A stretch of DNA of 64,000 nt, taken from IMG/VR virus record IMGVR_UViG_3300045747_000505; one strand, 5' to 3'. Both the position numbers and the translations under genes were made by a program. Source of the DNA: a virus. Lineage: Duplodnaviria; Caudoviricetes. Below are positions 55,823 to 63,873 of this stretch, in pieces (within the stretch, counting starts at the first letter, position 1; the number at the start of each line of letters is the position of its first letter). The notes beneath the pieces are model-generated. The model was not told where the DNA came from. It did not search any database and saw nothing but the letters and a program-made list of their open reading frames with translations.

Positions 55823-56131
55823 ATGTCGCTCACACTTCAACAGCTCGAAACCGGCAAGGGCTACGTCTTTCACCGGACGGGCTTTGCCAACGACTTTGCC
55901 GCCACCTTCATCGCGCTCGGCATCAACGAGTCGACTGGTCTCATCACCAGCCTGCTCGTGCGCAACATCGAGACGGGGCAAGAGGAAGACATCGACGTCT
56001 ACACCCAGTGCATCGAGATCGTGCCGCTGACCCGCGAGTGGCTCGAAGCCCGCATGGACGCTCACGCCGCCACCGTCATCACCCTTCACGCCCGCTGCTC
56101 CAACCTCCTCAATGCTCGAAAGGAGCTGTGA
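55823..56131 (+). CDS. Hypothetical protein
   Basis: ORF. Confidence 0.65.
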   Translation: MSLTLQQLETGKGYVFHRTGFANDFAATFIALGINESTGLITSLLVRNIETGQEEDIDVYTQCIEIVPLTREWLEARMDAHAATVITLHARCSNLLNARKEL

Positions 56132-56319
56132 TGACCGTCACCGCCGTCTACATCGTGTTCTCCACGGTGCTGTTCCTTGTGCTCGCTGTGCTGCTCAACG
56201 GCGGGCACTGGCTCACGACAATGCTGAAGATCATCTCGATCGGCATGTTCATCTTCGGCGTCATCGTCGGGCTGGCGAGCAGCGGCATCATTCTGTCCAA
56301 CGGCATTCGCCTGGTCTAA
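56131..56319 (+). CDS. Small membrane protein
   Basis: AAGGAG RBS; two hydrophobic helices. Confidence 0.6.
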   Translation: MTVTAVYIVFSTVLFLVLAVLLNGGHWLTTMLKIISIGMFIFGVIVGLASSGIILSNGIRLV

Positions 56320-56323
56320 GATC

Positions 56324-56440
56324 ATGAAGCGCCTGAAGACTCTCATCAGAGCTCTGCTCTACACCATAGCTATGGCGGGGTTCTTCATCGCCCTGCTCGG
56401 CCTCACCGTCAGCTTTCGCTACTCTGGAGGTCCAACGTGA
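56324..56440 (+). CDS. Small membrane peptide
   Basis: MKRLKTLIRALLYTIAMAGFFIALLGL... Confidence 0.45.
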   Translation: MKRLKTLIRALLYTIAMAGFFIALLGLTVSFRYSGGPT

Positions 56441-56793
56441 CCACGCTCCCTCGCATTCTCGAAGCAGTCAACATCGGTCAAACCGTGCTGGTCCGACGCC
56501 AACGAGGTGGACCACCGTCCCGTCGCTTCGAACCCGCCACGGTCCTCGCCGTCGGCTATGGCGCGCAGCGTGAGCTCGACCTCGACGGTGTGCCGCTCGT
56601 TGGTGGCATCATCTCCGTTCGCTGGGAGTTCGACGGCGTCGACGAGACGGTCGACTGGCACTTCGGCAGCGTTCGTGAGCTGCCGGTCAGCTGGGTTCGC
56701 GAGGTGTATCTGCTGAACGAAGCCGAGCTCGAGGCGAACAAGACCAGGTTGGGCGCGCTCGCAAAGCTGCTGTTGAAGCTCCACGCACCGTAA
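56437..56793 (+). CDS. Hypothetical protein
   Basis: GGAGG RBS, GTGA overlap. Confidence 0.65.
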   Translation: MTTLPRILEAVNIGQTVLVRRQRGGPPSRRFEPATVLAVGYGAQRELDLDGVPLVGGIISVRWEFDGVDETVDWHFGSVRELPVSWVREVYLLNEAELEANKTRLGALAKLLLKLHAP

Positions 56794-56812
56794 ATAGATC
56801 CATCGGAGGTCT

Positions 56813-57217
56813 ATGAAGAACGCTGCGCTCAAGTCGAGCCTCATTGCTCAAGCAGATGAATCGTTCCTGTCGCTCACGCAGCAGGTTCAGTATCTGCTTG
56901 ACATCATCGATTTCTACACGGTGCGCTATCAGGTTGACGAGTGCGCCAAGGTCGGCGTGCAGTTCAACCCAAGCATTCAGACGCTTGGATCTATCCCATA
57001 CCAGCTAGCAGGTGTTGTCGCCCGTTTTCGAACGGAAGAAGAACGAATTCTAAGTCGAGAGGGTGTTGAGCTCGAGCTCATCAACGAGCTTTGGTGCACA
57101 ATGGAGACGCTGTTTCTATTCTTCATCGGGCGCGATGTGTGCGTTGAGCCATACGACCGACAGATTGCTCTCAAGGCAATCGAAACGCTACGCATTAGCA
57201 ATCGGCTGCTGTCGTGA
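56813..57217 (+). CDS. Hypothetical late protein
   Basis: TAAATA 56791-56796, GGAGG RBS. Confidence 0.7.
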   Translation: MKNAALKSSLIAQADESFLSLTQQVQYLLDIIDFYTVRYQVDECAKVGVQFNPSIQTLGSIPYQLAGVVARFRTEEERILSREGVELELINELWCTMETLFLFFIGRDVCVEPYDRQIALKAIETLRISNRLLS

Positions 57218-57393
57218 AGCGAGCTACCGCCAAGCGCGTCGTCGAGGTGTCGGCGACAATCTTTCTTGAGACGCTGATCATCATCTGCTTCTACCCAGAG
57301 CTGCGTCAAGCACCAGCCGCACTGGTCGCATCTGTTTCGCTGGTGACGAGCGTCGTCACGTTGTTCGACAACTTCTACGGAGACCGTCGATGA
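57214..57393 (+). CDS. Small membrane protein
   Basis: GTGA/ATGA overlaps; two hydrophobic segments. Confidence 0.5.
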   Translation: MKRATAKRVVEVSATIFLETLIIICFYPELRQAPAALVASVSLVTSVVTLFDNFYGDRR

Positions 57394-57923
57394 AAAAGCT
57401 GCTCGTCGCCCTTTGCTTCCCAGTTGCCGCTCTTGCCGCCGAACCCCCAGATGCCTGGGACGAGCTCGCCAAGTTTGGTCCAATCGAAACCATTCTCGTC
57501 ACCGCCCCAACGCAGCCGACGCCGTTTCTGACGGGCTATCTGCCTGAGACGAAGACGTGCCACCTGCTCGTCAACACGCTCGCCATTCAGCCAGCTGGGC
57601 TCGAATATCACGTGCAGCGCACGCACGAGGCTGGACACTGCATTGCGCTGCGCGCTGCCGTGCCGAACGCTGGTGGTCTGTACCCATGGGCGATGCGCAT
57701 GAGCGAGGCGTTCGCCGACGTCTACACGCTGGCGTGGTACTTCAGAAACGAACCAGCGAGCTTCGAAGAGGTTTTTCTGCTGCTGAACGACACGCGCAAG
57801 GTCTCTCGCCGTCAAAGCTCGGCGTACGACACGCTGCTGCCGATGAATCGAGCTCGGGCGCTGCTGATGGCGACCTCGCCCGCTCCTGACCCGGCGACGT
57901 TCACTCTCGAGATGTTCAAGTGA
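57390..57923 (+). CDS. Exported zinc metallopeptidase-like protein
   Basis: Signal peptide; THEAGHC (HExxH) and downstream SEAFAD. Confidence 0.65.
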   Translation: MKKLLVALCFPVAALAAEPPDAWDELAKFGPIETILVTAPTQPTPFLTGYLPETKTCHLLVNTLAIQPAGLEYHVQRTHEAGHCIALRAAVPNAGGLYPWAMRMSEAFADVYTLAWYFRNEPASFEEVFLLLNDTRKVSRRQSSAYDTLLPMNRARALLMATSPAPDPATFTLEMFK

Positions 57924-57957
57924 CGATAAGTATAGGTGTTAGACCGACGCCTATGCT

Positions 57958-59118
57958 GTGATCACATTCAAACTATTCCTCGAATCTAAAGAGCTCGCCG
58001 TTCACGACGTTCGCCCATTGGGGGCGCTCGAGCTGAAGCGCGCTCAGGACATGGCGGCGATCTTTCTCAAGGCGCACGAGCTGCTCGACCACGGTTCACG
58101 TGGCTTCGAACTTCACCACATCGGTGAGATGCGCAGCGTCCTGATCAAGTACGGCAAGGGCTTCATCTTCGCCAAGCGAATGCTGCAGCACCTCGACGAG
58201 CTGCTCGCCTCGCACGATAAGATGCTGAGCGCTGGTGATCGGTTGCAAGACAAGCACGCTGACCTGAAGAACGGCGCCAACGATCTGAAGGCAGCGTTCC
58301 TCTCTGGCGATCGTGGCGCGATGCGCAAGCACAAGAAGGCGCTCGACGCCCACATCGACGATCTCGATCATCACGTCAACGCGCCAGGCTCAGCTCACCG
58401 AGCGATCGAGAACGAGTTCACCGAGTCGCCGTCGGTCTTCGGCTCGACTCGCCTGATGCAGCGCATTGGCAGCGACGAGCTGACCAAGGTCAAGGCGCTC
58501 GACTTCTCCAAGACGCTCTTCACCAACATCGACTTTCCACACGGCGCCTCTGACAGCATCGACCACGCTCTGTACTTTCTGCTGCAGCTCAGTGAGTCGC
58601 CAAAGACTCGCCGCGTCACCGACGCCAGCGACCTGCGCCAGCACAGCAAGATCAAGTACGCCACCGACAAGGGCTTCAATGAGCTGATGCGCCTGATGGA
58701 GCAGTACCTCCACTCGAACGACAAGACGCTGATCCCACGCATCGTAGAGCTGATCAACGCCAACCCAGCGCTGAAGGCTGCCAACGAGAAGGCGAAGCTG
58801 AAGACTAAGGTCGTGTATCGTGGTCTTGGCTTCGGTGAGGACGACAACGTCTCGCAGAAGAAGGTTATGGCTGGCGAGAAGAAACGCAAGTACGTCGCCA
58901 CCAGCATCTCACGCCACGCAGCAAAGAACTTCGCTCTTCAGAAGGGTCACCTCGAGGACGAGGACTCACGTCGCTCAGAGGTTGGCGTGATGCTGACCTA
59001 CTCAGTGACGCCAGCAGCGATCGTGTTCGACACGCGCGTGCTCGACGTCGCCTACGGCGAGTCAGAGATTCTGATCGACGCCACCAAAGCAAAACTAACA
59101 AACTTCGAGGAGCTCTGA
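57958..59118 (+). CDS. Protein with C-terminal ADP-ribosyltransferase-like domain
   Basis: VYRG (58813-58824), ATSISRHAAKNFA, YGESEILI; N-terminus MITFKLFLES. Confidence 0.6.
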   Translation: MITFKLFLESKELAVHDVRPLGALELKRAQDMAAIFLKAHELLDHGSRGFELHHIGEMRSVLIKYGKGFIFAKRMLQHLDELLASHDKMLSAGDRLQDKHADLKNGANDLKAAFLSGDRGAMRKHKKALDAHIDDLDHHVNAPGSAHRAIENEFTESPSVFGSTRLMQRIGSDELTKVKALDFSKTLFTNIDFPHGASDSIDHALYFLLQLSESPKTRRVTDASDLRQHSKIKYATDKGFNELMRLMEQYLHSNDKTLIPRIVELINANPALKAANEKAKLKTKVVYRGLGFGEDDNVSQKKVMAGEKKRKYVATSISRHAAKNFALQKGHLEDEDSRRSEVGVMLTYSVTPAAIVFDTRVLDVAYGESEILIDATKAKLTNFEEL

Positions 59119-59621
59119 TGAGCGACACTTCAGCAATCAAGGTCGATCTGTACGGCGGGTCCTACAGTCAAGACAAGGTCACGCTGCACGGTGGTGATCA
59201 CGACTATCGCATGCGCCTGCCTGGCACGCCGACCGAGCTGATCTACAAGTTCCCACCAGGCATGGAGCTTGGTTGGAGTCTGTACAGCAAGTACTTCGAT
59301 CAGCTTGACGATACGCTTGAGGCGATCTCAGCCAAGCACGGCGTGACGGTGGCGAAGAACGCGCGAGCCGTGGCGGTCAGCACGATCATTCAAGGTGCGA
59401 ACGAGGCGCCAGGCAACGAAGCGCTGGTTGAGGACGTTGGCGAGATTCTTGACCATCTGATCACGCTGCTCAAGGCAAAGCTGATGGCGCACGCCAGCGC
59501 TTCCGTCAAGCGCACGCACGCTGAGCTGAAGTCAAAGACCGCAGAGGCGATCACCGACCTTCAGCAAGTTCTCGCCAAGGGTGAAAGCGCTATCAAGCCA
59601 GACCCGAGGAAGGACAAGTGA
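59118..59621 (+). CDS. Hypothetical protein
   Basis: GAGGAG RBS, coupled between two ART-like genes. Confidence 0.7.
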   Translation: MSDTSAIKVDLYGGSYSQDKVTLHGGDHDYRMRLPGTPTELIYKFPPGMELGWSLYSKYFDQLDDTLEAISAKHGVTVAKNARAVAVSTIIQGANEAPGNEALVEDVGEILDHLITLLKAKLMAHASASVKRTHAELKSKTAEAITDLQQVLAKGESAIKPDPRKDK

Positions 59622-60070
59622 AGCTCTTCGAGGTCGCTGAGTACTCTACCGCCAAGCAGGTCTACAAGGTCCTGCTCAAGTGGCACGAGCGCAACACGCC
59701 AGCCATTGGCAAGCTGAACATCGTGCCGAACTGGCGTCGATGCTTTGAGAGCGAGCTGTACCGTGGCGTTGAGGTCTCACGAGAGGAGCGCGCTGCGCTT
59801 GATCGTGGTGACTCCATCGAGCTGCCAACGAAGGGCTTCTCAAGTTGGACAGCCGATTCAAAGGTGGCGAAGCAGTTCGCAACCGGAGCCGGCGTGGATG
59901 GCATCGTCATTCGGCGCAAGAAGGCGCAGCTCAGCATCTGGCTGAACGTCGACGACTTTCTCTCTCGCAACAAGCTGCCCGAGCTTGACCGTGGCGAAGA
60001 GCAGGAGTACATCGTCAGAGACAAGGGTCCGCTCACCATCACAAAGGCTGATCTGTATGCTGCTGATTGA
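59618..60070 (+). CDS. Small ADP-ribosyltransferase-like protein
   Basis: LYRG, FSSWT..SKVAKQFA, EEQEYIV (ExE); N-terminus MKLFEVAE. Confidence 0.65.
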   Translation: MKLFEVAEYSTAKQVYKVLLKWHERNTPAIGKLNIVPNWRRCFESELYRGVEVSREERAALDRGDSIELPTKGFSSWTADSKVAKQFATGAGVDGIVIRRKKAQLSIWLNVDDFLSRNKLPELDRGEEQEYIVRDKGPLTITKADLYAAD

Positions 60071-60443
60071 GATCGTTGAGACGTTCGACGTCAAGCCGAC
60101 GATTGACAAGCTGCGCGCAGATCTTGCTGAGCTCGGCATCAAGTCGCCAGCCTTCAGCGCTGGCTTCTGCTTTCACGCTGCCGCTCGTCTCTACGACGCG
60201 CTGCACGCCAAGTACCCGTCACACGAGATAGTGATTCTTCACGATGGTGCGCACGTTGTCGTGCATGACTTCGAGACGGACACAAGCTACGACGCCACAG
60301 GCTTTGGCAAGACCATGGGCTGGCATCAGTCCAGACCACCGAAGCATCAGTGGAAGAACTCGGCGGCTCTCGTGAAGTTCCTAAAGAGGAACGAGAAGAA
60401 GCTTCGTCCTGAAAGTGTAACAGGACTCAAGGCGCTCGAGTAA
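60057..60443 (+). CDS. Hypothetical protein
   Basis: MLLIEIVETF...; overlaps the previous gene. Confidence 0.65.
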   Translation: MLLIEIVETFDVKPTIDKLRADLAELGIKSPAFSAGFCFHAAARLYDALHAKYPSHEIVILHDGAHVVVHDFETDTSYDATGFGKTMGWHQSRPPKHQWKNSAALVKFLKRNEKKLRPESVTGLKALE

Positions 60444-60488
60444 TCGTTACAGCTTGAGTGTGCCTGAACCTCAGGATTGGTGTATAAT
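60415..60488 (+). promoter_or_regulatory. GTGTAAC..GTTACA plus -10
   Basis: GTTACA 60446-60451; TATAAT 60483-60488, 31-nt spacer. Confidence 0.7.
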
Positions 60489-60514
60489 GTGCTCACACCA
60501 ACCGGAGCTACACA

Positions 60515-60790
60515 GTGTCCCTCGCCAAGTTCATCGCTCAAGAAAACGCCATCGCTCAATTCTTCAGCGCTTCGAAGAATCCGTGGACCGTCTACCCCAC
60601 CGAGACGTCGGCACTCACCGACGCACACAAGGCCGAGCTCGCGGCTCGCCTCAGCTCCGCCATGAGCCCCGAGTCGCTGACCTGCGACGGTGAGCTGCGC
60701 GGTGCCAAGCTCGCCGCCAAGCGCAAGCTGCTCGAGAAGGCGATCGCCGACCTGGCCGCCCTCGGCGAAATCGTCGTGCTGCTCGACTGA
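60515..60790 (+). CDS. Hypothetical early protein
   Basis: GGAG RBS; LSPE.LTCDGEL motif. Confidence 0.7.
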   Translation: MSLAKFIAQENAIAQFFSASKNPWTVYPTETSALTDAHKAELAARLSSAMSPESLTCDGELRGAKLAAKRKLLEKAIADLAALGEIVVLLD

Positions 60791-60800
60791 AGGAGCCATC

Positions 60801-61145
60801 GTGATCAACGCACACGAAGCCAGAGCCCTCGTTGCTCAAAGCAGCAAGATGCTGCTTCACCGCCTCGAGGCGATCTGCGCTCAGATCGAAGTGGCTGCCA
60901 AGCTTGGCAGGTCTGAGATTTGGCTAGACATCGCGCTGCCGCATCACAAGGAGTTCATCGTCGAGCCGACGGCGTTCTACCCTGTCACCTTCACTCCGAT
61001 TCAGGCTCAAGTGGCGAAGGGTCTCGATGACCTCGGCTTCGTCATGAAGATCGAAAATCGTCGCACGAAGATCGGCGGCGGTCTCGGCAGCATGGATGAC
61101 GAGGTCAGGTACGAGGATCTGCCGTACATCAAGGTGACCTGGTAA
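60801..61145 (+). CDS. Hypothetical protein
   Basis: AAGGAG RBS, GTG start. Confidence 0.7.
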   Translation: MINAHEARALVAQSSKMLLHRLEAICAQIEVAAKLGRSEIWLDIALPHHKEFIVEPTAFYPVTFTPIQAQVAKGLDDLGFVMKIENRRTKIGGGLGSMDDEVRYEDLPYIKVTW

Positions 61146-61162
61146 GTCACCGCTGAACCTAG

Positions 61163-61186
61163 GAATGGGACCACGTGGTCCCATTC
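61163..61186. repeat. Perfect 24-bp palindrome
   Basis: GAATGGGACCAC|GTGGTCCCATTC. Confidence 0.9.
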
Positions 61187-61251
61187 GGCTATGTTAGAAT
61201 AGCCACACCGGCGATGAGTCGGTACCCTTCAACCCGTTACCAAGGATCACT

Positions 61252-62082
61252 ATGCCATACGCCACACTAGGCGAAAGATTGAAGGCTTATGAAGCCTCAG
61301 ACACTCAACGCAAGGCCTTCAAGGGCCAGCCCATCATCGCTCGACTTGATGGAAAGTCGTTTCATACATTCTGCAAGGGCCTTCGTCGCCCGTTCGACGT
61401 TCGTCTCAGCGATCTGATGATCAAGACGATGTCGTTTCTGGTCGATCGCTTTCAAGCCTCGGCCGGCTACTGTCAGAGCGACGAGATCACGCTGGCTTGG
61501 TTCGCAGACAGCACCTCAGCCACCGAGTATCCCTTCGACGGCCGCTTTCAAAAGATGGACTCGCTGCTCGCCTCGACGGCCTCGGTCTACTTCAATCAGT
61601 TCCTCGAAGAGTTTCTGCCTGAGAAGGCCGATCTGATGCCGGTGTTCGACTGCCGCACCTTCACCGTGCCGAACCTGCTCGAAGCCTACCACTGCTTCCT
61701 CTGGCGGCAGCAGGATTGTACGAAGAATGCAATCAGCATGGCCGCGCAGTCGATGTTCTCGCACAAGAGCCTGCAAGGCCTCAAGGGCCGTCAGATGCAG
61801 GAGAAGATGTGGGCCGAGAAGGGCGTGAACTTCAACGACTACCCAGCCTTCTTCCGGCGTGGCACCTTCGCTCGGCGCGTGCTGGCTCGGCGTCAGATGA
61901 CCGACATGGACTTCGAGCGCATCCCGCCGATGTATCAGCCGAAGGACGGCATGATCGAACGGTCGGTGATCGAAACCTGTAACGCTTGGCTTCAACGCCT
62001 CGAGGATCCGGTGTCGTTCCTCTTCAAGGGCGGCGCTGAAGCGTACCGGACGGCGACAGGGACAGTTGACGACGAGGACTGA
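61252..62082 (+). CDS. thg1: tRNA(His) guanylyltransferase-like protein (Thg1-like 3'-5' polymerase)
   Basis: IIARLDGKSFH, PFD, QSDEI, FDGRFQK, FDCR, WRQQDC.KNAIS, RRGT. Confidence 0.92.
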   Translation: MPYATLGERLKAYEASDTQRKAFKGQPIIARLDGKSFHTFCKGLRRPFDVRLSDLMIKTMSFLVDRFQASAGYCQSDEITLAWFADSTSATEYPFDGRFQKMDSLLASTASVYFNQFLEEFLPEKADLMPVFDCRTFTVPNLLEAYHCFLWRQQDCTKNAISMAAQSMFSHKSLQGLKGRQMQEKMWAEKGVNFNDYPAFFRRGTFARRVLARRQMTDMDFERIPPMYQPKDGMIERSVIETCNAWLQRLEDPVSFLFKGGAEAYRTATGTVDDED

Positions 62083-62156
62083 TAGGCACTGTCAGGCAAG
62101 GAGGGACGTTCCCTGCGCGTAAATAGAACGTTCCTCAATCGTAACGAAAGCCAACA

Positions 62157-62279
62157 ATGCCAGGTCTCAGCTCAATCCTCTTCGAGCTCGCTCCCAAAAT
62201 GATAATGAGCCTGATGTTCTGGTGGCTCCCAGTCCAGCCGAAGGCAAAGCCGTTACAAGTGTCAAGAAGTTACAGGTGA
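62157..62279 (+). CDS. Small late peptide
   Basis: TAAATA 62120-62125; MPGLSSILFELAPKMIMSLMFWWLP... Confidence 0.4.
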   Translation: MPGLSSILFELAPKMIMSLMFWWLPVQPKAKPLQVSRSYR

Positions 62280-62312
62280 TTCGAACCTAACCGAGAGTTC
62301 ATGTGGTATAAT
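62269..62312 (+). promoter_or_regulatory. GTTACA box plus -10
   Basis: TATAAT 62307-62312, 32-nt spacer; second GTTACA at 62252. Confidence 0.65.
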
Positions 62313-62338
62313 CGCTGCATGAACTTTCGGAGCTTCAG

Positions 62339-62656
62339 ATGACCCTCGAACTTGAGGTTGGTCGCGTCTTCATGTACGCGGAGATCACGAACATCGTCTG
62401 GGATGATGGCGTCGACGGCGAAGGATCGCTGCCCGACCCCGTCTATGGACGCACCAAGATGGAGCCGTACTACTCGACCCCTACCGACGACGCTCTGCGC
62501 ATCGCTCGTGTCGAGGACGTCGGGACCGAGGAGTTCGAAAACTGGCGCGCTTACGTCACGGACTACCTGATGGACAAGGCGCAGAACCTCGAACAGCGCG
62601 GCATCATTCAGTGCTCACCAGCTCGCATGCGTCTAGAAGACGGCACGTGGCTCTAA
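62339..62656 (+). CDS. Hypothetical protein
   Basis: GGAG RBS. Confidence 0.65.
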   Translation: MTLELEVGRVFMYAEITNIVWDDGVDGEGSLPDPVYGRTKMEPYYSTPTDDALRIARVEDVGTEEFENWRAYVTDYLMDKAQNLEQRGIIQCSPARMRLEDGTWL

Positions 62657-62666
62657 CGGAACAACC

Positions 62667-62876
62667 ATGAACTTCTTCTCCAAGCCGGTTTTCGCGATCG
62701 GCTACCTACCGCTCGCCTACCTCGTGGCGATCGCCATCGCCGCCTACTCAACCTTCGGACACTTCGTCGAGGTCTTCATGTACACCGTGAAGCACGCACA
62801 TCGCGTCTACGGGCGAATGATGCGCAAGCCGATTCCGAAGACGGATGAGCAAGACGACTTCTGGAACTTCAGCTGA
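62667..62876 (+). CDS. Small membrane protein
   Basis: N-terminal hydrophobic helix. Confidence 0.6.
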   Translation: MNFFSKPVFAIGYLPLAYLVAIAIAAYSTFGHFVEVFMYTVKHAHRVYGRMMRKPIPKTDEQDDFWNFS

Positions 62877-62931
62877 TCAGCTCAGCGCACTTTCAATAGC
62901 ATTAGTTGGCAAATAAGGAATTGCGTGCGGT

Positions 62932-63111
62932 TCAAGCGCCGCTGAGTTCGCGATCTGGGAAGATCGGTTTGCCCGCCTTGTCCTGCTCGATGATCTCACG
63001 CAGAATGTCGTTGCACAGCTCGTTGAAGGTGATGTCGCGCTCGTGCGCGAGCTTCAACAGCGCGAAGAACTCCGCTTCGGTGAGTCCAAGCTCGATGAAT
63101 TCGTCGTCCAT
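62932..63111 (-). CDS. Small protein, possibly ribbon-helix-helix-like
   Basis: MDDEFIELGLTEAEFFALLKLAHERDITFNELCNDILRE (59 aa, not in the ORF track). Confidence 0.5.
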   Translation of the reverse strand: MDDEFIELGLTEAEFFALLKLAHERDITFNELCNDILREIIEQDKAGKPIFPDRELSGA

Positions 63112-63114
63112 AGC

Positions 63115-63873
63115 TTAGGCTCGCACGACCTCGACGGTGTGTGGATCCTCGTCGTTCGCCTTGCCCATGCCGCCGTTCGGATAGACGTTGAAGTCCTCGG
63201 CGCGAATTCGCTTCGCCAGTCGATCGGCTTCAGCCTTTGAGAGGCGCTTGGCGCTCGTTGGCCCAGACGTCCAGTTGTACTCACCACCGGCGTAGTACGA
63301 CTCACGTGGCTTGGCAAGCGCTTCCTTCTTGCCAGCGCGTGGATAGTTGTGCGACTTCGTCATCTTGATGATGAACTCACTCGCTTCTGTTTCCTCGCGA
63401 ATGCGCTTTCGCGGCATCGGCGCGATGGTCAGCAGCTTCATCCCGTGAAAGTTCTTCGAGAACTTCTCGCGAACGTCACGGGCATCACGACCCTTGAGGG
63501 TCGTCTTCTTCTCGACATCGCTGTTGCGAGCGCAGAAGGTGATCTTGAACTCGAGCGCTTCAGCGAGCGCGCCCGCAACGGCATCAGCTGGGTCGACGCC
63601 TTGACGTGAGCCTGGCTTCAGCTTGCGCATCGCCATGTCGGCTTCACGCTTCTCCTGCGGCGTGAGCTGCACCTTCGGTCCCGGCTGCTTCGGCAGGTTC
63701 GGTTGACCAGGCTTCTTTGTCTTCAGCCCGCCCTTCTTGTCGACGATGCTCTTCAACTTGTCAGCGCCCTGCTGGCCGAGCTTGGTCTTGATGGCGTCCC
63801 ACACCTTGCCATCGTCAGCCTCGGCTTCTTCGAGCTGCTTGGCGATGAGTACGTAGTCCTTGAATCCTAGCAT
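63115..63873 (-). CDS. Late protein, possible internal head protein
   Basis: MLGFKDYVLIAKQLEEAE; minus-strand TAAATA 63900-63905. Confidence 0.7.
   Translation of the reverse strand: MLGFKDYVLIAKQLEEAEADDGKVWDAIKTKLGQQGADKLKSIVDKKGGLKTKKPGQPNLPKQPGPKVQLTPQEKREADMAMRKLKPGSRQGVDPADAVAGALAEALEFKITFCARNSDVEKKTTLKGRDARDVREKFSKNFHGMKLLTIAPMPRKRIREETEASEFIIKMTKSHNYPRAGKKEALAKPRESYYAGGEYNWTSGPTSAKRLSKAEADRLAKRIRAEDFNVYPNGGMGKANDEDPHTVEVVRA

Noticed and set aside
61205-61240. Hammerhead ribozyme or tRNA upstream of thg1
   Set aside because: GCGATGAG only resembles CUGAUGA, there is no GAAA core, and there is no cloverleaf with a T-loop
19-63609. Numerous antisense/overlapping ORFs in the track (e.g. 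2669-3871, 7735-8778, 29016-30029, 37419-38552, 54515-55525)
   Set aside because: Shadow ORFs of GC-rich genes; no RBS, promoter or motifs
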